64,000 bases of DNA from Mustelus asterias (Eukaryota): assembly GCF_964213995.1 (NCBI RefSeq), contig NC_135815.1, positions 73,594,001 to 73,658,000 on the forward strand, in the 5' to 3' direction. Below the pieces are notes generated by a model. The model did not search any database. It was not told the origin of the DNA and was given only the letters and a program-made list of their open reading frames with translations. The stretch's first letter is position 1, and each line of letters begins with the position of its first letter. Shown in pieces: positions 45,775 to 57,019 of this stretch. The position numbers and the translations under genes were made by a program.

Positions 45775-48204
45775 TTCTGTGACCAAGCCAGTTCTCCACC
45801 CATCTATCCACCTCCCCCTTTATCCCATGAGATCCAACCTTTTGCACCAATCTACCATGAGGGACTTTGTCAAACGCTTTACTGAAGTCCATATAGACGA
45901 CATCCACGGCCCTTCCCTCGTCAACCATTCTAGTCACTTCTTCAAAAAACTCCTCCAGGTTAGTGAGGCATGACCTCCCTCTCACAAAACCATGCTGACT
46001 ATCGTTAATGAGTTTATTCCTTTCTAAATGCGCATACATCCTATCTCTAAGAATCCTCTCCAACAACTTCCCTACCATGGACGTCAAGCTCACCGGCCTA
46101 TAATTTCCCGGGTTATCCTTCCTACCCTTCTTAAATAATGGGACCACATTAGCTATCCTCCAATCCTCTGGGACCTCACCTGTGTCCAGTGACGAGACAA
46201 AGATTTGCATCAGAGGCCCAGCGATTTCATCTCTCGTCTCCCTGAGCAGCCTTGGATAGATTCCAGCAGGCCCTGGGGATTTGTCAGTCTTTATATTCCC
46301 TAAAAAACCTAACACTTCCTCCCTTGTAATGGTGATTTTCGCTAACGGGTCAACACTCCCCTCCGAGACACTCCCAGTCAACATATCCCTCTCCTTTGTG
46401 AATACCGATGCAAAGTATTCATTTAGGATCTCCCCTACTTCTTTGGGCTCCAAGCATAACTCCCCACTTTTGTCCCTGAGAGGTCCGATTTTTTCCCTGA
46501 CAACCCTTTTGTTCCTAACATATGAATAAAATGCCTTGGGATTCTCCTTAATCCTGTCTGCCAAGGATATTTCGTGACCCCTTTTTGCCCTTCTAATTCC
46601 TCGTTTGTGTTCTTTCCTACTCTCTTTGTATTCCTCTATTGGTCAGCATTTTTCCCTTATTTGTTTCCTATTAGTCTAAACAAAGCTGCACCGCTGTTTA
46701 ATGATTCAAATAATCACACCCTAATTGTAACTGTTCTTGGTGTTACAGTTCCTTTTTATCCTTTACCTCTTTGTGACCTACCACAGACAAACAGTAAACC
46801 AACTCCTTTCAATCAATTTTTCTTTACCTACTTACGAAAATAGTATTCCATCAGTAGTAGAATCCTTGATATCACCCATTGCAATATAATCACAAGTATC
46901 TACTTACATCTTTTATATATTTAAAATGTTGAGAAGATACAGTTGTGTGTGTTGATGGTGCTGTTAGGATAGCATTTGTGCAGATCATCTGGTCCCAACA
47001 GTGTCAATCACTGTGATGTTCGCTGCCATTGAGGGCTGCAATAGAATTATTGGGGATCTGACTCATGCTAGAATTCCAAATGTCTGGTATGCCAGAAATG
47101 GCTCGATGGGAGATTCCACTGATGGTCTCTTCAGGACCAGTCAGCTTGTAAACTTGGATGTTTTGCCTGGAGCTTTCCCAAATCTTTAACATTGTTTTTT
47201 TCAAACAGGGCTAAATAAAACATGAAACATTTAAATCAGGATGAGTAACTTGACACTCCAACACCACCCCCCCCCCACCCCCCGCCCCCCGTGTTGCTAA
47301 CTTCCATAACCATCACCCCTGACTTAGCCCCCAACTCGCATCCCGCTCACACCCTAACTCATCCCCCCAATCGTACCCTTGGCTCACTACCACAGGTGCA
47401 TCTGTGGTTGGTTCTCTCCCCTCCCCTCCACCAGTACCCCTGGTGCCATTCACCACCCATGCCCTACACTTCTGATGATGCTCTGACACTCTCCTTCCCA
47501 ATCCCCATCATTGCTCAACCCCAAATGGCACCATCAGCTCTGGTCCAACATCTACTAAGAAGCCGGGCAGGAAGGGTGGGCTGAGCCAGGGGTGCAAGGT
47601 GGGGGTAAATAGAACCAGTGGTGTGTGGGATGGAGGGAAGTGAGTACCACCAGGAATGCAGAAGGGTGCAGGCTGATGAGCAGAATCAGGATGTTGACAG
47701 TGTGGGATGGAGAGGGTGAGCCAGAATGAAAATTTCATTAAATAATATGTTTAAAATGCTTTTATACACCGCAAAGGGTGTGTCATTAGTTCATGATGAC
47801 TGCAATTATGCCTTACTACGAGGTCTTGTGTTTCTTCTTGTCCATTTTGTAGTGGAAGATGAAGTTCTCAGAACTGCCCTTAGTGAAAAAGGTGCAAATG
47901 CAATCTAAAATGCAGTCAGCAGCATAAGCCACAGCTTCACCACTGACAGGAAGATCGATGCCATTACATTAGGCTAAATCTACGCTAACTGCACTGTGGG
48001 TGTTCCTTGATTAGCTGTGTTTATTTACCTTTCTCTTCACACTTGAATGCATCTAAACTATCCCCCCCTCCCCACGCATTGTTCCTAACTGCAATGTTCA
48101 CAATGATTCTAAGCCCAATTGATAGCTGTGGTTTTTCAAAGGGAATAAGTGGTCTACAAAAGAGAGTGGTCTGCAAATTTAACCCCTTTGAAGAAACCAC
48201 AGCT

Positions 48205-48382
48205 ATTAGGTCAGGGTTAGGTTGATTGGCCATGTTAAAATTGCCCTTAGTGTCCTGAGATGCGTAGGTTAGAGGGACTAGTGGGTAAAATATATGGGGG
48301 TAGGGCCTGGGTGGGATTGTGGTCGGTGCAGACTCGATGGGCCGAATGGCCTCTTTCTGTGCTGTAGGGTTTCTATGATATG
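48205..48382 (+). mobile_element. 5'-truncated HE1-type V-SINE (CR1-derived tail)
   Basis: GTTAGGTTGATTGGCCATG..AAATTGCCC, then GCAGACTCGATGGGCCGAATGGCCT and a TTCTATGA tail. Confidence 0.82.
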
Positions 48383-49274
48383 ATTAGGAGCAATGGTGAT
48401 GGGGTGGGGCTACTTCAGATGTTTTCAACAATTAAGGGAAAGGTAAATAAACACAGCTGACTGGAGCCTGATTTGAAACCATTAAGCTGTCAATCAAATC
48501 CTATTTCAAAGCACTGCACTATGAAATTGAAAAAGATCAAAGGTTTTTCAATGGAATAGAGAGGGTTTCAAAGCATTTGAGTTTGCTAGGAAGGGTCAGA
48601 GACTTCAAATGAAAGCTGTATGAATAGATTCAGGCTGAGTGAGCAGCTGTGGAGAAGGGAAACCCTCCTCAGTAAAACTGACATCTCTTATCTGTTGAAG
48701 AGGTCTTCAAAGAGGTCTGCTCACACCTGCAGCTTCTGACAGAGAGAAAGGGAAATCCCTGCTGCAGGGGCATAGAAATTAAAGTGACCAGGCCACTTCA
48801 AAATTTTCATAGCTCACAGGCAGGAATGAAGATGTTGATCACAGAGCTGTCTGCAATCACCATGCCAAGTGTGATCTTCAGGTCTAGAAGGGGCAGACCA
48901 GCCACAGGACCCCATACCCAGGGGACAGTGCAGAGATCAACCCCTTGCCACCAGCCCGAGCCACCAAACCCCCCAGGACCTTTGGGGGACATTCTCTCTG
49001 CAGCCTGGCAGTGGCAGAAGGGCAAATGGCTATTGGACCTACGTCCTTGACTCCTTCAATGCCCAACATGCCAGGTCCACACTGGTCATTATCAGCAGAA
49101 AAGCCCATAATTTACAGTTCCCGGTGGGGTGGCGGATGAATGCTGGGAGGGCATGAATCAGGCTTCAAGTTCGCAAATGGGATTTACAACAGGGGTTTTG
49201 AATAATAACTGGGTTCCCACCCGCTTACATTTCCAACTAATTGTGTCTCATCAGCAAACTTAGATACAAAAATC

Positions 49275-49970
49275 TTGATCTCTTTGTCTAAGTCATTAAT
49301 CCATATTGTAAATAGCTGAAATCCTAACACTGATCCTTCTGGCACTCCATTACTCACGGACTACCAACTCAGAATTCCCCAATCCGTTTAAGCATGGTTG
49401 ACCAGGAGTCTCTCCCACTCTTACCACCTGCCACTGGCGTGTATTGGAGAAATTTTGCGGATTGATCAACCTGTTGGCCACACTATGGACACATTTTCCT
49501 TGACCATCAAATCTCGGGGTGAGACTCAAAAGCTGAGCTGCTGGCACAGAGCAAGAAAATAACCCACTGCAGCACAACACACCCCCTTTCTTGTACAATG
49601 GAATCATATTTGCTAATCTTCAATCTGGTCAGTCCATTCTAGAATCTAGTGAATTTTGGAAAACCACAACTAGCAGATCCACCAACTCTGCATTACTTCA
49701 TTTAGAACCCTGGAATGTAGACCATCGGGCCCTGGAGGTTTGTCAAGTTTTAGTCCCTTAAGTTATTAAAACAATTTTTCTTTGGAATTAATTACCTTAA
49801 GTTGCTCAGTCTTAATAGCCCCTTAGTTTCTGATATGCAATTTGTATCTTCGAGGTGAAGACACGCACAAATATTGATTGAATGTCTCAGCTACTTCCTA
49901 ATTCTCAATGATAATTTCTCCTGTCTGTGCCTCTACAGACCAAAGTTTACTCTGGCTACACACCTTTTTC
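49275..49970 (-). mobile_element. Decayed CR1 fragments with an embedded old tRNA-SINE-like piece (~49375-49578)
   Basis: Minus-strand INDLDKE and KPPGPDGLHSRVL remnants. Confidence 0.5.
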
Positions 49971-50292
49971 TATCCTTGTTGAAGCTCTTGCAAACTGGTT
50001 AGATTGTTGTGGACAGGTCAAACTGATTTCTTCTCACCACCTGTTCATAAGCAGAGTGTGTTTTGAATTATTTTTAAAGTATGCAGTGGCATCCCTCAGT
50101 TTGCATGATCCAATTTACCAATAATCCATGGCAAACTTGCATTACGAATTACTCAGAAGGTCAATTAACTTCACATTCAAAAACCTGGGAAAGGAGTTTT
50201 CATAACTTCCATATACTATACTCACATAGTAAAGGGTGGGATAGAAAAAGCAGTTTTACAGTATAAGAATTGTAGAAATGAATCCAAAAAAT

Positions 50293-50455
50293 GAGTCCAA
50301 AGATGTGCGGGTTAGGTGGACTGGCCATGCTAAATTGCCCCTTAGAATCAGGGGGACTAGCTAGGGGTTATGGCGATAGGGCCTGGGTGGGATTGTGGTT
50401 GGTGCATACTCAATGGACCGAATGGCCTCCTTCTGCACTGTAGGGATTCTGTGAA
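50293..50455 (+). mobile_element. 5'-truncated HE1-type V-SINE
   Basis: GTCCAAAGATGTGCGGGTTAGGTGGACTGGCCATGCTAAATTGCCC...GGACCGAATGGCCT. Confidence 0.82.
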
Positions 50456-50599
50456 TCAATTGCAGAATGTTAACTCATGCGCTTTTCAGAATTCAAAGTC
50501 AGAGTCCAATGAGGAATTCTTTCACATAGGATTTTGAAGTCAGCTGGTTGAAGACAGGAGTTGTAGGGTTCACTTCAGAATTAGTGTCAATACTGCAGA

Positions 50600-51560
50600 T
50601 GAAGTAGGTGCACAGAAATTGGGTCAGTTCTTTAGATGATGGTAGAAAATCTTTCAGCAGAGACAGATTTGGAGAAGCTGAGAGATGGTAACCAACTGCT
50701 TGCTCAGCTGGGCAGCTGGAGTTCTTTACAGTTGATGTTAAAACAGCAGGTTGAGGATTTCTCTCAGCAAGTCTGGTCTTTTATAGGGAAGATATGTCAA
50801 TGTTCAGCTTATCAAGTTCCATGTTGATCCCAGCTGTCTTGCCTTATTGGCCAACTGCAATTCGTCTGTCAATCTCATGCAAGTGGTTCTGATGTTCCAG
50901 CTTGTCAGTGAAGAGTAGCATCTACATCCTTTTCATTTGTTTTGTTTGCCCGGTGCAATGGATTTTGTTCTCTTGTTGAACAGAGACTCTAAGTTCCAAG
51001 CACCCATTGAAGCTGATGGTTCATCGGCGGGTTAGCACCTTACTAGTCAAGGGCACCCAACTTGAATGATAGGTGACTGACTATTAGAACATGATGGTCC
51101 CCTCCACTGTCGAAGACAGTCTGTGGCACATGCTCATTATGTCAATAGAGTTGGGCTTATCATTCCCCTGTGCTATGTCTCTCCAAGAAGACATAAACCT
51201 GAGCAAAACATGGGCTGCCCAAACTTCAGAGTTCCCCTCTTGACCATCCTGGTTGAATCCAAAGGAATGCAAAGCACTGTGTCCAGAACTGAATTGGTTG
51301 CAGGAGGTGCCAGGAAGATGACACATTTAGGCATTGGTCTGTCTTTGGGCCCCACCCCTGATTTTTTGTCAAAGTTTTATTCCTTTAGTTTTCAACTCTC
51401 CCAAGGTATCCAAAAGGCCAAAAGCTGGCAGTTTAGTTCATGAGTGCCAGTGCTTGTCCACACGCAGGTGTGCCTTCACACTGCATGTCTTGGGGCCAAA
51501 CCTCCCCCAAGTTCATCTGAAGCTTTAATGAGATACCCAGTTTCTACATGTTGCCATGAG
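50600..51560 (-). mobile_element. Decayed RTE-type LINE 5' region (endonuclease N-terminus)
   Basis: Minus strand gives TSWNIRT and KTAGINMELDKLNIDISSL*KTRLAE. Confidence 0.6.
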
Positions 51561-52498
51561 AACTTGCTAATGGAGAGGTTGTGCACTGACAGAGAGAGGC
51601 TTACACATTTGTCTCTCTTTTTCACACTACTGCCAGCTATCACTGTAGCCTGAAAAGACAAGCAACTAGAGCACAATAGTGGAAAACATGCTAACCTCTT
51701 CAACCACACATTAGTCACATCACGTCAACCTGACACAATGTACATATTAATGATCTGGACGGTGGGCTCACCGTGCTAGAAGGAGGCATTGTAAGTGAAA
51801 GATTAAATGTAAAATCCTGAGGACAGAGGGCAAGAGATATTTTATTGCAAAAGGCTTGTGATACTGCACAATGCATTACCAAAGTTAGCTATTGAAGCAG
51901 AGCTCCTATCAGCATCCAAGAACAGCTTAGGTAGGTATCAAAATGAAAGAGGGATGAAAGGATCGGAGACTATTGTTTGTATGAGAGCATAAAAATAACA
52001 TGAACACGGTGGGCCAAAAAATCATTTTCTGGGTTGTAATTTTATATATAATTAATAAAAAGAACATTATTAAACATGGCAAAATGAGACAGATGCAAAC
52101 CAAGCCCATGTGACAAGGAATGATTGTATTAAATGTCATTATTTTTTAAATTCACAATTGGGATGGGAGTGTCACTGGAATTTATTGCCCTTCCCTGTTT
52201 ATCCTAAATGCCTAATTTATATATCCATATTAAAATCTCATGTATAGTACATTCTTCCTGCATGTGTCATACTTACTTTCCTGTAACAATTTCCATTATA
52301 CTTAAAAATTGGCATTGTTAACCTTATTTCTTATACTTATCTCTAGCTAACATATATAAGTAGTAACACTTTTGTTTTGAGTTTATTAACTTACAATAAA
52401 ATCTTTGATTACAAACCTATCCATTTTATCCATAAGCAAGAAAGTGGTAAATCAATGTGTTGAGTACATATTGTGACTACAAAACTTTAGACAACTTC

Positions 52499-54821
52499 TG
52501 GAATGTCCGAACTATGTTAGGGGTTGTCACTCTGTGGTTTGCACATGTAGATTCAAACTAACAACAAGATTTATTCCAGGAGGTCTTGCCTGCACAAACC
52601 TGAAGAAAAACAGCAGCCTGTGCAATCAGCCTCATTACATCACCATCAAATCATGTGATCAGCTCTTAAAGCAACTATTTAAATATATAGTTTAAATAGT
52701 TGCTTTATGACAACAAATTACTAATTTTTTATACATAGGATCAATAATACTTGAGAAACAGTACTACGCATCATTAAGCATTATACACAGTCAATAAGAA
52801 AGTCGATCAGGAAAATATCTATTCCTTGTTGATTGTACACAATGTTCTGGAATTTGGCTGTCCTTAACCCTAGAAGTGTAATCTGGAAATTCAGTAGACA
52901 CTTCTTCTCTTGGAATTAATTCTGCATCATTCTCACATGGTATAGTAGCTAAAACACAATCATCAGGCAACTCAGATTCAACTAAATCTTCCATAGTGGC
53001 ATTCATGAGACTAGGGACTAAGGAAGTTCTGGAGATGATTCGGAGAAAACTAGTTAATCCTTGGTTTGAACAGTGTAAGAAATTGGACCGGTTTTGCTAG
53101 AATTTTAACTGGTACCCATTTCTCATTTGTGGCATAATTATGTGCTGATACTCCATCTCCTTGTTGAAATCAGTGTTGTTTTTCCCTCACTTCTCATTTA
53201 GAAACTTGAGATTGTTGTTGACAATTTACTATCTCTGAAGTTTGTGGAGGTAATAACGAATCAAACATAGTTCTCAACTTTCTCTTTAAGAGTAGTAATG
53301 CAGATGAACTTTGGGTAGTCACATGAGTTGTGTTTCTCTCAGATGCCAGAAAGCTATTCACATGACCTGATAATTAATCTTGCTCTCTTAAAGCTTTTAA
53401 AAAACATTTTAAGGATTGTCTGAATCTTTCAGCTAATCTATTGGCTGACGGATGATAAGATGTGGATTTTATGTGTTGAATATCTTTACTTTGAAATAAT
53501 CCTCAAACTCTTGTGACATAAATTGTCAATCCTTATCACTGACAATCTGTTCCAGTTTACCAAATCTTGCAAAAATTTCGTCAAGTTTTTCATTGGTTTG
53601 TTCAGTTGTAGTAGACCTCAGGATAACAACTTCTGGCCACTTTGTGTGCATCAATTAGGACTAAGAACATAAGATCCTCAAAGGGAACAGAAAAATCTAC
53701 ATGCAACCATTGCCATGTGTTTTAGGCTATTTGCAAGAGTGTAATGGAGACAATGATGGCGTTATTCTTATTCATGCACAGAATTGACACTGTCCCATTT
53801 TTTTCTTCAATCTGAACATCCAGAGTTGGCCACCAAAAATAACTGTGTGCTAATTCCTTCATCTGGACTATACCGGGATATCCTTCATGTAGTTGTTCAA
53901 TAGACTAAGAGAAATGATCATGCCGATTCCCCACAATAGACACCCACCTTGTATGGGCAACTCAAACTTTCTTCATATGATTTCAAATCAGGAAGAAAAT
54001 GATGCTTTTCAACTATCGTACCTTTCAATACCATATCCATCAGTTTCCCCATCAGGGAATAATTTCTGGTATGTTTATGAACTTGAGAAGCTGTCACAGG
54101 CAAATGATCTACTAGTGAAAAATTAAGACTATTAGCAAAACTAGTTGGTGGTATCTGCTCAATAGGTAAAAGTAAGAGTGATAATGCATCAGCATTAGTA
54201 TGACATTCTGACTGATGATACCTTATATCATAAGAGTGTGCAGATAAGATCAGTGAACATCTTGGCAATCAGCTAGAAGCTAATAATGGTACACTTTAAA
54301 ACGGTTGCAAAATAGTAGTTAAGGGTCAGTGATCAGTCAATAATGCGAAATGATGACCATATAGATAATGATGAAACTTTGAATGCCAGAAATTATACTC
54401 AATGCTCCTTTTTCTAGCAAAAAGCACACAGAGCATTTTTTTCTTATTCGGTTTTCCTGCACAGGCACTTAAATCTTTAAACTGTTGTTGCTTTTTCCCA
54501 GCCTTTTAATATTGGAAAGGACCCACAGTGTTTTTTCTTATACTTAGGATCTTTTCTTAATGTTCTTGCTGAAACAAAATCCCATCCTCATCGTCAATTT
54601 TCTCTTCGTAATGTCCTAACTATGTTAGGGTTTGTGTGTTTTAAACAAGTAAAAGATGTGGTTTGCACATATAGATTCAAACTAAAACTAATAGAGTTAT
54701 TCTAGGAGCTCAGAGTAGAATATAAAACTAAAAAGCAGCCTGTGAAACACCCTAATGACATCACCGTCAAACCATGTGACCAGCTCTTAAACCAATCATG
54801 CAACTACTTAAATATATAACA
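52499..54821 (-). mobile_element. Internally deleted Gypsy element (same family as 33660-39545) with both LTRs
   Basis: LTRs 52499-52690 and 54607-54821 match 39318-39545. PBS 54578-54596 (AATCCCATCCTCATCGTCA) matches the 3' end of tRNA-Ser(GCU) with 2 mismatches. RNase H end and integrase retained; gag, PR and RT deleted. Confidence 0.88.
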
Positions 54822-55585
54822 GGCCTCAACTTTTTACAATTCATATAAGGGGATGAAAGGACCAAATGTATGGTTGCTAAATTTGCTGATGAAATAGATG
54901 AGTAGGAAAATAAGTTTTGAAGAGGACATGGAATACAATATGGGAAAATGTGAAATTGCCCATTTTGGCACGAAGAATAAAAAAGCATATTATCTAAATG
55001 GTGAGAGATTGCAGAGCTCTGAGATGCAGAGGATCTGAATGTACTGGGGGTGCATGAATTGCAAAATGTTACTATACAGTACAGAAAGTAATTAGGAAAG
55101 CTAATTGAACGTTATTGTTTATTGCAAGGGGAATTGAATATAAAAGTAGGGAGGTTATGTTTCAGTTTTACAGGGCATTAGTGAGCCAATTCAGAGAAGC
55201 TTTCCTAGACTAATACATAAGGGTATTTCAGAAGGGAAGGTTGGGCATGGTTGATATGTATCCACTGGAGTATAAGGCAACTTGATAGAAATCTACAAGA
55301 TTCATGGTAGATGTGGAAAGGATGTTTTCCCTTGAGAAAGAATCTAGAACTAGGTGTCACAATTTAAGGGGTCACCAATTTAAGACAGAGCTGAGAGGAA
55401 ATTTCTCTGTGGGTTGAGAGTCTTTGGAATTCTTCCTCAAAAACTGGTGAAAGCAAGTAAGACAGTGAAAAATGCCGTTTGAGGTTAAAATCAGAAGAAC
55501 CAGGACCTTATAGAATGGAGGAGCAGGTTCAAGGGACCGAGTTGCCTACTTCTGCTCCTAATTTGTATGTTCATATGTATGTTCA
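54822..55585 (+). mobile_element. Decayed CR1 3' fragment
   Basis: KFADE and GKCEIAHFG remnants. TATGTTCA-type tail. Confidence 0.75.
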
Positions 55586-55639
55586 CATATCACACCACTA
55601 TTTGTTTTGGATGTAGCTGACTCTCCACAGGAGCAGCAG

Positions 55640-55880
55640 CGCAGGAGAGCCCCTCCACTCTCAGAACACTCTCCCCTGGCTGCTTTGCCCTCCACTCTGG
55701 CCAAACGCCCTCCTCTCTGGCCCCTCTGCTTGCTGAACACTCTCTACTGGTCCCTTTGCTCTCTGAACTATTGCTGCTGGCCTTTCTGCTCTCCAAACTC
55801 TTGCCACTGGCCCCTCCACTGGCTGAAGTCCCTCCGCTGACCTCCTCCACTCTCCCAACTCTCTGGCCCCTCGCTCTCCC
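55640..55880 (+). repeat. Degenerate ~29-30 bp C/T-rich minisatellite
   Basis: Repeated CTGGCCCCTCYRCTCTCYRAAC-like units, about 7-8 copies. Confidence 0.6.
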
Positions 55881-56451
55881 ACTACCTGCCATTGTCCTTG
55901 CGTAGCTTCTCTTATGGGCTTTTAGCCCTGTTGTTCTCATGAGGGGAAAGAAAGTTGAGAGGAGATTGGATAAAGGTGTTTAAAATCATGAAGGTTCTAG
56001 ACTGGGTAAACTGTAGTTTCCAGTGGTGGAAAGGTCAAAAACCAAAAAATCATGGATTTAAAATGATTGGCAAAAGAGCCAATGACACCAGAAGGAAAAC
56101 CCTTTGTGTTGAGTGAGTGGTTAGCAACCAGAAAGTACTACTTGAGAGCATGGTGGAAGCACAATCCAAGTTTTCAAAAACAATTTTGCTGGGCCCCTGA
56201 AGATAAAAATAATTGCCAAGATATGTAAGGTGGGGTTGGGAGTAGGGGAGTTGAACCAGCTGACTTGTTCTTGCAGAAAGATGCTATGGACACTATGGTC
56301 AATACCCTTATTCTTTGTCATTACTATTTTATGATTGTATAGTCATTGTATACCATTTAACTCTCCCTGCAACAGGCTATTCCCATCTCCCTCAAAAAAT
56401 ATACAATGTCTCCACTGTATGGCAAACTAGAAAGATCTACTTCATTCACAT

Positions 56452-56580
56452 AAAACAAGCACAACACTGTGGATGCTGGAATTTGAAACAAATACAGAGA
56501 ATGCTGGAAACCTCAGCAGATCTTGCGGCATCTGTAGGAAGAGAAAACAGAATTAATGTTTCAAATCCGTTTGACTCTTC
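56452..56580 (-). mobile_element. Penelope-type 3' end of a third family
   Basis: ACTGTGGATGCTGGAATTTGAAACAAATACAGAGAATGCTGGAAACCTCAGCAG. Minus-strand GAAGAGTC...GAAACATT half-hammerhead. Confidence 0.55.
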
Positions 56581-57019
56581 ACTCACATTGTGCAAGGAAA
56601 CATTGCCTGTGCCACAAATAAAAACACTGCTGGCTCTCTTGCACATTATGGTATTTGAATGACCGGAGCCTTACATAAAGCCTTATAATTGTAACTCTGC
56701 TGCCATAACTAGAAGTATAATGATGGTCTCCCCCACCCATACAAATCAATTTACAAATTACAGTTATTAATCTGGAATCTACATGAAGTTATTACATTGT
56801 TTTATGAACTTGCCAAATCTCCCCAGGACGCCTAATTTTCATGTTGGAAAACTGGGTAGCCTTTTTGTACAAGGTTTTTTCTGTTTTAAATTTAGAGAAT
56901 TTTTTTTTCGTTGGCGTGTTTCTCTCAAACAATCCCTCTGAATGAATATATTAGAGTAATTGTGCATGAGGTAAATCACATAATTAAAAATGAACTAATG
57001 CAGCCTAACAAGTGTACAC

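Larger units (their letters stand above)
44481..46607 (-). mobile_element. 5'-truncated CR1 LINE, interrupted by a Penelope fold-back
   Basis: ORFs 45749..46564, 45258..45482 and 44562..45242 are consecutive CR1 RT segments. (TGTTCTT)n tail. Confidence 0.95.
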
